Origin: Candidatus Latescibacterota bacterium | GTDB taxonomy: Bacteria > Latescibacterota > UBA2968 > UBA8231 | Reading direction: 5' to 3' | DNA: 64,000 bases | NCBI GenBank assembly: GCA_965206595.1 | Contig: OZ242214.1 | Location: 6,848,001 to 6,912,000 of the forward strand | Shown: piece after piece, positions 37,689 through 46,754 of the stretch | Position numbering within the stretch: the first letter of the stretch is position 1 | Layout of the letters: each line of letters opens with the position of its first letter | Position numbers and translations under genes: made by a program | Notes under the pieces: generated by a model | Told to the model about the DNA's origin: nothing | Databases searched by the model: none | What the model saw: the letters and a program-made list of their open reading frames with translations, nothing else

Positions 37689-39784
37689 TGCTCGAGGACC
37701 CGCTGCCAGAACCCCATCAGATCGGCGGACACGTTCGCATTCCGTGCAGCAAGCTGCCCCTGGAGCTTCTCGGCCAGCTCGCGAAGAAACGGTCGAAACA
37801 CTTCCTCGAACTCTGGTTTGGTCAAGGAGTCATCGCTCGGCTGGTAGTCGACTTCACGCAGCACAATCAGGAAGTCCGCGAGGGTCAGGAGCCCCTCATC
37901 CGCCGAACCGTCTGTGGAATCGAGCTCACGTACCAGGCGCTCAGCGAACGTCTCGATGCCGATCATGCCCCGCAACCGCCATTCGAGCGCCTGCCGGCCC
38001 CATACCGGACGCTGAAGATTCGAGCGAAGCTGCGCAAGCATGCGGGCCCGACGCCGGATACGGTGGAGGAAGGTGGACTGCAAATCGTGACGCCGGAGCG
38101 GGTCGAGGTCGGAAGGGGTAGCTGAATCGAGGTCGGTGTCGAACGTGTCCGAGGCTTGCTGGCCGCGAGCCCAGGCGCGAAACGCAGCGCTCGGATCCGG
38201 GGCCGCGAGGAGCCAGAGCATGTCGGCGGCGGACATCTGTTCCAGTTCGGCTGGAGGCGGTAACTGCTGCGGGTCTTCCACGTTGAGCGGCAGGAAAGCT
38301 TCCAGGCCGTCCCACGAAATCAGAAGCCGGTCGGGTGGCTGCAGTGGCGGCCAATTCAGGGACACGGCCTCTGGGGATCCCATGTCCGACCACGACCACT
38401 GGTTGAGGAGTTCCCTTTCGTCCCGGCCACAGGCGTAGATCCTCCATTCGGGAGGCAAGAGTTCGGGGACCAGGAACACCACGATCTGCCGCTCGTCGCC
38501 CGCTCGGTAGGTCGCCGACAAGATGCCTACGGGAACGAGTGCACCGGGCTCATTCTCTTCCTCGTCGTGATTCCGCTGAGGCCCCAGCCATTCAGCCTCG
38601 TCCAGATCGTCGACCGGCTCCATCTGAGGCCATATCGCTTCGAGGTTACCGGCCTCACGACCGAAAGCGACCCGCTCCGCAACGGTCACCAGATTCGCCT
38701 CCGCGTTGCGGTGAGAGGTCACCCCCATGCCCGCGCTGGTGAAATTGGACGATCCGACCAAGAGGGCCGAGTACGTGTCCCCTAGCAAAGCGAGCATCTT
38801 CGCGTGCCAGGGTCTACGGTTCTCGTCCTCGTCGAAATCCGGTAGGATCTCGACGGTGACACTCCCTCGATACTTGAGGGGTGTTGATGCGATAGCCTTT
38901 GGCGCAGCAAGACGGGGAACGGCCGGTTCTCCATCTTCGAGGACCGCCGGCACGCAGAAGCAGACCTCACGAGACCTGCCTCTCGCCATCAACCGGCAGA
39001 GCGCCGCAGCCACGCGAGACATGTCCTCGTCGGCATCGAAAAACGGGGAGGCAATCCAGGCCTCGTAAGGCGATCCGCCTCGACGACGGCAGATGGCCAG
39101 CGCCTCCTCGAGGCTACTGCGCCCCTCTTGACCCGATGGGGCGGCCGGAAGCGTGCATGCGAACTTCTGTCGCACCCGGCCCTTGCTCCTCGGGCGCGCC
39201 CAGGCCCCGGCCTGTCGTTCCACGTGCGCCAGGTAGGTATCCGCCCGCTGCACCTCGGGGGTGCTTTCCCGACCACGGGGAACGAACGTGAGGAGGTCGC
39301 GGAGAAAAGCCACCGCCTGGGCAAGCAGCTCCCTGTCGGCTTCCTTGGGGGAAAGGTCGATGGTGGCAGCGACCTCGTGGTTCGTCCGGTAGCCGGGCTC
39401 CGTGAGGTTGGCGGAGGCCACAATGATTCGGATGTGGTTGCTCCATGCGAGAACGCTGAGCTTTGCGTGCTGCCTCCCCCCAGGAATCCGTACCGGAAGG
39501 ATGTCCCAGCGCAGCGAGTGCTCCACGCCTGCCTGCGTGTGATCGACCATAACACCTGCGTATACGCTGCCCAGTCGGCCTTCGCGCTCCAGCAGGAACG
39601 CCAGATCCTCCCGGTTGGGGTCGGACTCGATCTCCAGGAAGCGGGCCAGGCACTGCTCGTCGAACAGGCCGGGCGTAAACGTATAGGTTGTCGCCAGACA
39701 GCCGATGGGGCCTCCGGCATCCGCAGGCGGCCGCCACAGCTCCAGCATGGCGCAGCTACTCTCGCTACTCTTCCCCCTGCTCAT
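37679..39784 (-). CDS. Phospholipase D-family (two HKD-like motifs) nuclease-like protein
   Basis: QHAKL..IIVASANLT and WHAKML..LLVGSSNFT..NAEAN. Confidence 0.82.
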   Translation of the reverse strand: MSRGKSSESSCAMLELWRPPADAGGPIGCLATTYTFTPGLFDEQCLARFLEIESDPNREDLAFLLEREGRLGSVYAGVMVDHTQAGVEHSLRWDILPVRIPGGRQHAKLSVLAWSNHIRIIVASANLTEPGYRTNHEVAATIDLSPKEADRELLAQAVAFLRDLLTFVPRGRESTPEVQRADTYLAHVERQAGAWARPRSKGRVRQKFACTLPAAPSGQEGRSSLEEALAICRRRGGSPYEAWIASPFFDADEDMSRVAAALCRLMARGRSREVCFCVPAVLEDGEPAVPRLAAPKAIASTPLKYRGSVTVEILPDFDEDENRRPWHAKMLALLGDTYSALLVGSSNFTSAGMGVTSHRNAEANLVTVAERVAFGREAGNLEAIWPQMEPVDDLDEAEWLGPQRNHDEEENEPGALVPVGILSATYRAGDERQIVVFLVPELLPPEWRIYACGRDERELLNQWSWSDMGSPEAVSLNWPPLQPPDRLLISWDGLEAFLPLNVEDPQQLPPPAELEQMSAADMLWLLAAPDPSAAFRAWARGQQASDTFDTDLDSATPSDLDPLRRHDLQSTFLHRIRRRARMLAQLRSNLQRPVWGRQALEWRLRGMIGIETFAERLVRELDSTDGSADEGLLTLADFLIVLREVDYQPSDDSLTKPEFEEVFRPFLRELAEKLQGQLAARNANVSADLMGFWQRVLEQCR

Positions 39785-41079
39785 GCGAGATCGTCCCGGA
39801 AGCTGCGGATCGGCAAACCGCGATAGGGGTGCACGTACCGCGTGGGGGAAATTTCGGGGGGCTGGATACGATACGCTTGACGGATGTAGATGCGGTCGCC
39901 TCCGATGCGATCGAACCAGGGCCTCTTGCCGTCGGCGGATTTCCTCTGCTGAACCGTCTCGTGATGTTCGCAGAGCGTTAGAGCGCAGGTCTTGGCATCC
40001 ATCGGCTCCGCCAGCAGGCCGAAACGCTCGTCAAAAAGATTCTGGATGGAGAAGCCGCTTGTCGTGATCTCGCCGAGAGCGCGGTGCGCTGCTGCGAAGC
40101 GCTCGTCGAGCCGGTCGACGCTCTCCCGGAACGCCTGGTTGCCAGCAATGCCGGGCACAAAATACCCTCGGGCGTCAGGCCCGGCCGCTTCGGCACGCAG
40201 GACGTCGAAGGCGTCCTGAAGGCCACGGGCGAAGGCCTCGTAGGACCGGATCGCCTTCACGAGCGGTCTGTACTCTGGCGCCTTGCGCTCCAGGTCGACT
40301 TGAAGCGCCTCTTCCCGAAATGCGCCGTTCCCGTGGTTCACCAGAAGCTGCCAGAGCTGCGGAAGGGCGCCGAATTGCCGGTCGTCTTCGGCGAGAAGAA
40401 GCTCGCGCAGGAGCCTCTTCTCCTTCGCTTTGGCCGCCCCGGGAGCAAACGACTTGGCGAGCTCGGCCCATTCCGACGAACTCCAAGACGGCTTCGTACG
40501 CGGCGGAGACTGTTTCAGGCTGCGGCAAACCGCCACCCTCCAGCGGTCAAACTGCCCCTTCGCGCCCGCGATTCCTCCCAGTCCCCGATCTCGCGCCCAT
40601 GCGTCCGCAAGCCGCTCTGCCTGCGAGTCGGGGCCTAGATGGACGTCCAACAATCCGAGATGGACCGCCAGGCGTTTATAGACTCCATGGAAGCCGAAAA
40701 CCCGAGGCGTCTTCAGGTAGCTTCGGGCGTCGAGGTACCCGTGTCGGGAGAGAGCTGTCCGCGTAACGCGGGTCCCGGGCACGCCCCGGATTGACAGATC
40801 GCTTTCCGTATCCCGAATCAGCGCCTCGACAATCAGCCACTCCCACACGAGATATGGCGAAGCGTCGGGGCGTCGGGGATCGTCTTCCAAACTTTCCGTA
40901 ACGAGGGAACCCACCGCCATGGCGGTCAGGAAACGGATCCGCTGCATCCGTTCGCGGACCCCCGGTACGAGTTGGCTGGCCAGCTGATCAGCGATCTGGT
41001 AAAGACCGAGCGGATCGAGGTTTCCTTCGCTGGTACCGGGTGGATCGTAGCTTGTCAGAAACGGAAGGGAAGCCGCCAT
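39781..41079 (-). CDS. Hypothetical protein, DUF6361/ZacA-like
   Basis: N-terminal DPLGL...ADQL..LVPG..R.RFL, GVPG, GVY, late HH..VQ..K; ATGA-coupled to the PLD gene. Confidence 0.6.
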   Translation of the reverse strand: MAASLPFLTSYDPPGTSEGNLDPLGLYQIADQLASQLVPGVRERMQRIRFLTAMAVGSLVTESLEDDPRRPDASPYLVWEWLIVEALIRDTESDLSIRGVPGTRVTRTALSRHGYLDARSYLKTPRVFGFHGVYKRLAVHLGLLDVHLGPDSQAERLADAWARDRGLGGIAGAKGQFDRWRVAVCRSLKQSPPRTKPSWSSSEWAELAKSFAPGAAKAKEKRLLRELLLAEDDRQFGALPQLWQLLVNHGNGAFREEALQVDLERKAPEYRPLVKAIRSYEAFARGLQDAFDVLRAEAAGPDARGYFVPGIAGNQAFRESVDRLDERFAAAHRALGEITTSGFSIQNLFDERFGLLAEPMDAKTCALTLCEHHETVQQRKSADGKRPWFDRIGGDRIYIRQAYRIQPPEISPTRYVHPYRGLPIRSFRDDLA

Positions 41080-41185
41080 TAGTTTTTCATCTCGCAGGGA
41101 TATGGATATCCGTCACGGGATGTCCAAAATCGTCCCTACACTCAGCCCTCACCTGTTCGGCGTGCGGCACCATGTCTGATCCCGA

Positions 41186-41475
41186 TCAGACTGCCGATGG
41201 GCCGGCAAGCTCGCGGTCGATGGCATCGCCCTTGGTGACTTCGACCTGCGATATGTCGTACTGGCTCTGGAGATTCATCCAGAAGGCCGCCCCGGTGCCG
41301 AAATAGCGCCCGAGGCGAACGGCCGTGTCGGCGGTGATCGACCGCTCCGCGCGAAGGATTGCCGTGATCCGGTTGGCGGGCACCCGGATGGCGAGCGCGA
41401 GTTGATTCGCGCTCATGTTGCGGGCGTCGAGTTCCGCACGGAGGAGCTGTCCGGGTGTGTCTTGATGCGTGTCAT
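41186..41475 (-). pseudogene. higA: HigA-family antitoxin (frameshift near HPG)
   Basis: MTRIKTHP then, out of frame, LLRAELDARNMSANQLALAIRVPANRITAIL..RSITADTAVRL..FWMNLQSQYD; no intact higB seen. Confidence 0.8.
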
Positions 41476-41766
41476 TGGCAGTCTTCCGTTTTCAGTTTCC
41501 CCCGGAGCCGCCGGCTACGGCTTGGCCCCGTCGTATTTGTTGTGCTTTCCTCCGTCGTTTCTTGAAGGCCGCAACGTACAACGTACAACGAGAAACGCTG
41601 GCACCAGGGCCACAACATGAACAGCATGACCCCGCTGCAGGCATTCAAGAAAGGGCCCACAGCCAAGCCCCCGGGTCAAGTGAAGCAGTGGAGAAAAACG
41701 CGGCCTTATCAACAATCCCCAGCAGGGGTGAGTGTCAGGTAGGTAATTACCATCGCCGTATAGTTG

Positions 41767-42444
41767 TCACTTTAGCTTGTTATCAACTTCATCCAAAAAA
41801 ACTTTCGAAACTCTGAAAATCTCGTTCGTATCGGCGACCATATTCTTCTTGGTTCGGGAGCGCCTATTCCTATTGGTTGGAGAGAAATCTATGTCCATTT
41901 CGTGGACAATCTGATTACGTGCCGTGAATATCCGAGCTAGGCCGTCGGGGGCTTTTGTAATTGAATTGGACTGGATATCAAAAAACGAACCTACCCTCAG
42001 CAGTTGGTCTTTCGACTGCAAACTTTGTGAGGTAAGGTCCGAAACCAGAATCTCAATGAGCCGATCTCGTGGTCTTTTCTGAGTGAGAATATCAGCAAGA
42101 AACCTGTGGTCAATCTCCTCTCCTCTGCGGATTCGTCGTTCAATATCTGTACGAAACGTTCGCTCAGCGGCTTCATTGCAATTGATCACATCAGGTAAGG
42201 CATCCTTTATCAGTTGCTTTACTAGAGAGTCCAGACCAGCACAGGCGAATGTGAGCATGGCTCTGAAAAGGTCTTGTTCTTTGTCTGTGGACACTCCTTT
42301 AGCGTTGCGCCCCTTTCTCGTAGTATTGAACACTTCGAGGAAGGAACCCGATGTAGCATGAGCGTTGCGGAGGAGAGTAAAGGCATTTCTACACTGCTGA
42401 CAATTCGGCTCAGAGGGATAGTGCTCGAAGAGTGATGACATCAA
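41767..42444 (-). CDS. HEPN-domain protein (putative RNase)
   Basis: All-helical; RxxxxH motif RNQIVH; FACAGLDS..K; low GC. Confidence 0.75.
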   Translation of the reverse strand: MMSSLFEHYPSEPNCQQCRNAFTLLRNAHATSGSFLEVFNTTRKGRNAKGVSTDKEQDLFRAMLTFACAGLDSLVKQLIKDALPDVINCNEAAERTFRTDIERRIRRGEEIDHRFLADILTQKRPRDRLIEILVSDLTSQSLQSKDQLLRVGSFFDIQSNSITKAPDGLARIFTARNQIVHEMDIDFSPTNRNRRSRTKKNMVADTNEIFRVSKVFLDEVDNKLK

Positions 42445-42755
42445 ACAGTCGCCAGTTCTTCGATGTCTTCAGCAAATGGCGGTAATGGTGAATAACTTTT
42501 GTATCCCGGATAGCCCGGATAGCCCGGATAGCCCGGATAGCCCGGATAGCCCGGATAGCCTCTGTTGGGCCGATCACTGAATCGATACAGTCGATCATTT
42601 GGCGTTATTGTGCCAAGGTACTCGCCGTCAGGGTCGAAGATATCCCCGTCATTCCGGGGTATCCAGCCAATCCAGTTGCCTTCGGTGTCAAAGACATACT
42701 TGTCTCGCTTAAAGGCGATCCACTGGCCAGAAGAGCTAAATAGATACTTGGTCAT
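42441..42755 (-). CDS. Small beta-flower-like protein with (GYP)n tail
   Basis: Repeats LFSSSGQWIAF / VFDTEGNWIGW / IFDPDGEYLGT, then GYPGYPGYPGYPGYPGYPGY; AGGA RBS; overlaps the HEPN start. Confidence 0.75.
   Translation of the reverse strand: MTKYLFSSSGQWIAFKRDKYVFDTEGNWIGWIPRNDGDIFDPDGEYLGTITPNDRLYRFSDRPNRGYPGYPGYPGYPGYPGYPGYKSYSPLPPFAEDIEELATV
42505..42558. repeat. 9-bp perfect tandem repeat (cccggatag)x6
   Basis: Directly visible; encodes GYP on the minus strand. Confidence 0.95.
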
Positions 42756-42878
42756 TTTACTAGCCGTCCTGAAGAAGGTGAGGAGTGAGTCAGGTTATTA
42801 AGAGAGAATACTGCGTTGCGACGCTCTTCGCCAGCCGAACATTCCCGGGCATGGGGGAGGGAATTGAGGCCCATCCCC

Positions 42879-45286
42879 TCACTCCGCCGGTATGACGAAA
42901 TAGGGCGTCCGGGTGCGCCAGTCCGGCCAGTGGGTTGCCCTCCCGTCCTCGAAGAACAGCTCGAAGAAAAGCATAAGGTCCCAGGCCGGATCGATGGCAT
43001 CCCCGGGAACCACTGCCCGATACCCCTCTCCTTCGCAACGCATATCGATTGAGTCGAAGTCCAGGGCCTGGTGGGTGATCCGGTAGTGGCAGCGGACTCC
43101 CAGCGGCCTGGGTGATTCGCACCGGATGCGAAGCACCAGGTCGTGCCCCGGAATGGCGCGGGCAGGAGGGACAAAGCCGACCTCCGGGGGCTCGGGATGG
43201 ACGTCTCCCCCGGGAAAGGGGGCGGGGCCGGCAGTCAGGATCTCCTGCCGTTCCGCGATGAGCGCGTCGACGGCGCCGAGGTCGCGCTCGATCACGGCGA
43301 GGTCATCCTTCCAGTGGCCCGCGTGGCCTTTCTCCCGGAACCCGAAGACGAGATCGCCGCTGTAGGCCCCATCGGTCGCTGAAGACAGGGCCGTCCAGTG
43401 GCCGCGTGCCTCTTCCAGGAGTTGCCGGACCGTTGGCAGCCTGCAGACCTCCCCGGCCTGAGGGTGAAAGGCGAGGTGGGCGGCTGCCAGTTGGCGGCAG
43501 GCATGGTACTCGGCCAGGTGGGTGAGCAGGGTGAAATCGAGGAGGGTGTGCCGCAGCTCCGCCTCCCCCTCCCGACCCAGGTCTGACAGCAGGCCGCGCA
43601 CCCGGTCCGCCAGCCGGCGCAGATGATGGGCTACCTGAGGCGGCGTCCATTTGCCGCTGAGCCGGTTGCCCAGGGCGTCTTCCACGTACTCGTCGATGCC
43701 GTAGAACCGGGTCGGGTCGCTGGGTTCGACCTGCGCGTCCTCCTCCAGGCTGCGGCCGGCGAAGCGCTCGGGCCAGAAGGTCCAGAGGCTGGCCGAATGC
43801 TGCAGCACGACGGTGAGCAGGGGCAGTATCTGACCGCCTGTGTGGTACAGCTCCTCCACGGAAGCTGCCGCGGCGCCGAAGCGATGGCGAAGCTCCCGCT
43901 GCCAGACCTCGGGTGAGGCATCCGGGTCGTAGCCGAGGCGGCCGAACAGCAGGTAGAACATCCAGTGGCGCCGGTGCTCCTCGGCGTGAGACCGAAAGGC
44001 GGGGTCGGCGCTGACCGGCCAGGGCGGCTGTTCGTCACGAACTCCCTTGTTGGTCAGAGGCGCCATCACCTCGAAGCCGTCGCCCCCGAAAGTGACGGAG
44101 CTGGCGAACCGCCGCACCCACTCGGGATCGGCCCACAGCAGCAGGCGCTGGCTTCCCGCGCTCCACAGGCGGTGGATCAGCGCAAAGGAGCGGGGCCTGC
44201 GCAGCAGATCCCAGGTTAGCGGCGGTAGTGTTTCCGGTCGAACTGCTGGATGGCCGGCATCGGATAGGGCATGCCCAGGTGCTCGCACCAGTGCTTGGTG
44301 GAGACCACCGTGTCCGGGACGATCTCCCGGGCGAGGCGGATGGTGTCGTCGGTGAGCCCCTTGGCGCGCAGGTCCAGGCGGATGGGCCGGCCGCAGTCTG
44401 CAACGGCGCGGAACTGCGGCTCGTAGTACCCGGCCTGGCGGTCCTCGGAAACGCCGGACTCGTAGTTCATGCGGAACTGGACCCCGTCGATCCGGGGGCA
44501 GCTTGCCAGCAGGCGCGCGAGCCCGGCGGCATTGTACGGCCCCAGGATCTCCGGGGTCAGGCCCTCCACCAGGGACTCCCCGTAGTCGTAGGCGTGCTGG
44601 GACCAGACGCCGAAGGTGAAGTGCAGTCCGCGCTCGCGGGTCCCCTCGGCGATGCGGATCAGCATCTCCAGGTGCCGGGTGCGCTGCTCCGGGGTGAAAC
44701 CGACCGGACGGACCTGGGGAAACCCGGGAACTTCGAGGAGGAAGGGATAGGGCGGGGACAGGTAGGCGATCTGGTGGCCGAAGGTGAGGCTCAGGTTGTT
44801 GTAGCGGCAGCGGGCCAGCCGGCCCAGGTACTCCTCCCAGAACTCGTCGTCGTAGAACCAGGTCTCCTCGAGCCGGCGGTTGCAGAGGAACAGCTGCATG
44901 CTGCGCCAGGCCAGGTGCGGGGACTCGACCGCGGGAGAGATGGGCGCGAAGGCGTCGGCTTCCGGCGGGGCCAGCTCGAGGGCGCGCGCCGCTTCGAGGA
45001 GGGCGTAGATCAGGCCGCGCTCGTCCCTGCCGCAAACGAGGAATCCCCCTGCTTTTAGAGGTTGAAGGACCAGGGATTCAGGTGCGCCGGGACACCGCAC
45101 CCCGGAGCGGGCAAGGGCATCCTCTACTGCGGGGGACCGGCCTGCCAGGCCGATGATGAACCCGGGATCCGGCTGGGCCGCCGCGGCGGTCTCGACGGAT
45201 TCTCCCCGCCTGCGGAGGGCGCGCCTCAGCTCGTCCAGGGCCCAGCGGGCCGCCGGGGGGAGCTCGGTATCGACAACGAGATTCAT
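42879..45286 (-). pseudogene. Putative glycoside hydrolase-like protein, frameshifted near 44218
   Basis: GH67/GH20-type N-domain (GRDERGLIYALLE), TIM-barrel-like middle, C-terminal Ig-like domain; ORFs 44216..45286 and the 3' part of 42879..45035 rejoin with one added base. Confidence 0.6.
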
Positions 45287-45316
45287 GCCTTTCGGCTTCC
45301 GCCCGGCTCGCCCATC

Positions 45317-46468
45317 TCACCGCCACAGGGCGTTTTCGTCCAGCAGCGCACAGAAGCGGGCGAAAGGCACAACCTCAATGCCGTCGGCTGTCTGCATTGA
45401 CGGCCCGCCGGGATAGACGACCAGTCTCCGGCGCAAGCCCTTCAGGCCTGCGACCGCCCGCAAGCCCTTGCACCAGGTTTCCGCGAAAGTCCTTCCCGCC
45501 TTCACCTCAACGGCGACAAACTCTCCCTGGCGCTTGAGCAGGAAATCCACTTCGATTCCGCTCGGCCCGGCACTGGCCCAGTAGAAAAACTCCTCGCACA
45601 CCCCGCGATAATCCCTGTAAGCCCGGATGAGCTGGGCGACCAACCCTTCGAAGAGGTGGCCGCGCTCTTCCGGGGTGAGTGGACCGGCCGACCGCTTGAG
45701 GGTGCGCACGATCCCGGGGTCGCACCAGTACCACTTGGGCAAGGTGCGCTCGCGCACCCGCAGCCTGGCCTGGTAGGCCGGCAGCTGGAAGCAGAGGAGG
45801 GTTTCCTCCAGGATTTCCAGGTAGCCGGTCACCGTGGTGCGAGCCACCCCGGCCTCGCGGGCGATGTTGGTCGCATTGATCGACTGGCCGTGGAACAGGG
45901 CGGCAATGGGCAGAAAGCGCGCAAACCCGGACAGGTTGCGCACGAGACCTTCGGCCTGGATTTCTTCGCGGAGATACATCTGGGCGTAGGCGGCCAAGGT
46001 CTCGTCTCTGGCCTCGGAAGCCCAGACAATGGGCAGCAGGCCATAACGCATGGCCTGCTCGAGGTCGAAGGCGTCAGCCAGTTCCGACGGGACAAAGGGG
46101 TGCATGGCGCGATGCAGGGCGCGCCCCGCAAGCAGGTTGACGCCCGCCCGCTTGAGCTTGCGGGCACTCGACCCGCACAGAACGAAGCGCAGGCCTCGTT
46201 CCTCGATGAAGCGATGGACCTCGTTGAGCAGGCCGGGCAGCCGCTGTATTTCGTCCAACACTACCCAGCGGCCGCTGTCGACGGCTCTGAGTTCGGCGGC
46301 GAGGAGCCCGGGATGAGCCAGCAGGCGCTGGTAGGTCTCCTCGCTGAGCAGGTCGATCACGTGAGCGTCGGGAAAGGCCGAGCGCAGCCAGGTGCTCTTG
46401 CCGACACCGCGAGGCCCCAACAGGAAGAAGCTCTGCCGGGGTGCCTGAAGGATACGGGGAAGTATCAA
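45317..46468 (-). CDS. AAA_14 ATPase with DUF4143 (PD-(D/E)xK-like) domain
   Basis: GPRGVGKST, LDEIQ, CGSS, LAGRA, KWYWCDPG, EVDF..VEVK. Confidence 0.9.
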   Translation of the reverse strand: MILPRILQAPRQSFFLLGPRGVGKSTWLRSAFPDAHVIDLLSEETYQRLLAHPGLLAAELRAVDSGRWVVLDEIQRLPGLLNEVHRFIEERGLRFVLCGSSARKLKRAGVNLLAGRALHRAMHPFVPSELADAFDLEQAMRYGLLPIVWASEARDETLAAYAQMYLREEIQAEGLVRNLSGFARFLPIAALFHGQSINATNIAREAGVARTTVTGYLEILEETLLCFQLPAYQARLRVRERTLPKWYWCDPGIVRTLKRSAGPLTPEERGHLFEGLVAQLIRAYRDYRGVCEEFFYWASAGPSGIEVDFLLKRQGEFVAVEVKAGRTFAETWCKGLRAVAGLKGLRRRLVVYPGGPSMQTADGIEVVPFARFCALLDENALWR

Positions 46469-46754
46469 TTGTCTACCTTGTCGTCATTTTTCGCGATAAA
46501 CTGACGACAACATAGGCAATCGGGGCGAGCGGTCAAATTCCGGTCCAGTGCCTCACTTCGCCGTGGTCCCGGAGGTTCCCTGCTGCGCGCCCGGCGTCGG
46601 ATGGCCCTGGCCAGGTCCGGGACCGCCGGGTGGTCGTGGATTTCATGGTATATTCTGACTGTATCCGGAACCCAAATGGCGCAACCGATACCCCCGAGCC
46701 TCCCAATCCGCCAACCCCCTGGCCACCGTGGACCACCTGCAGGGACCTGCCACC

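Noticed and set aside
41640-41725. Possible IS end (cttatcaacaatcccc), and a similar tag near 853
   Set aside because: No matching second end or transposase nearby
42410-42598. ORF with (AIR)n repeats
   Set aside because: Alternative frame of the 9-bp repeat; the GYP frame has the RBS, domain pattern and coupling
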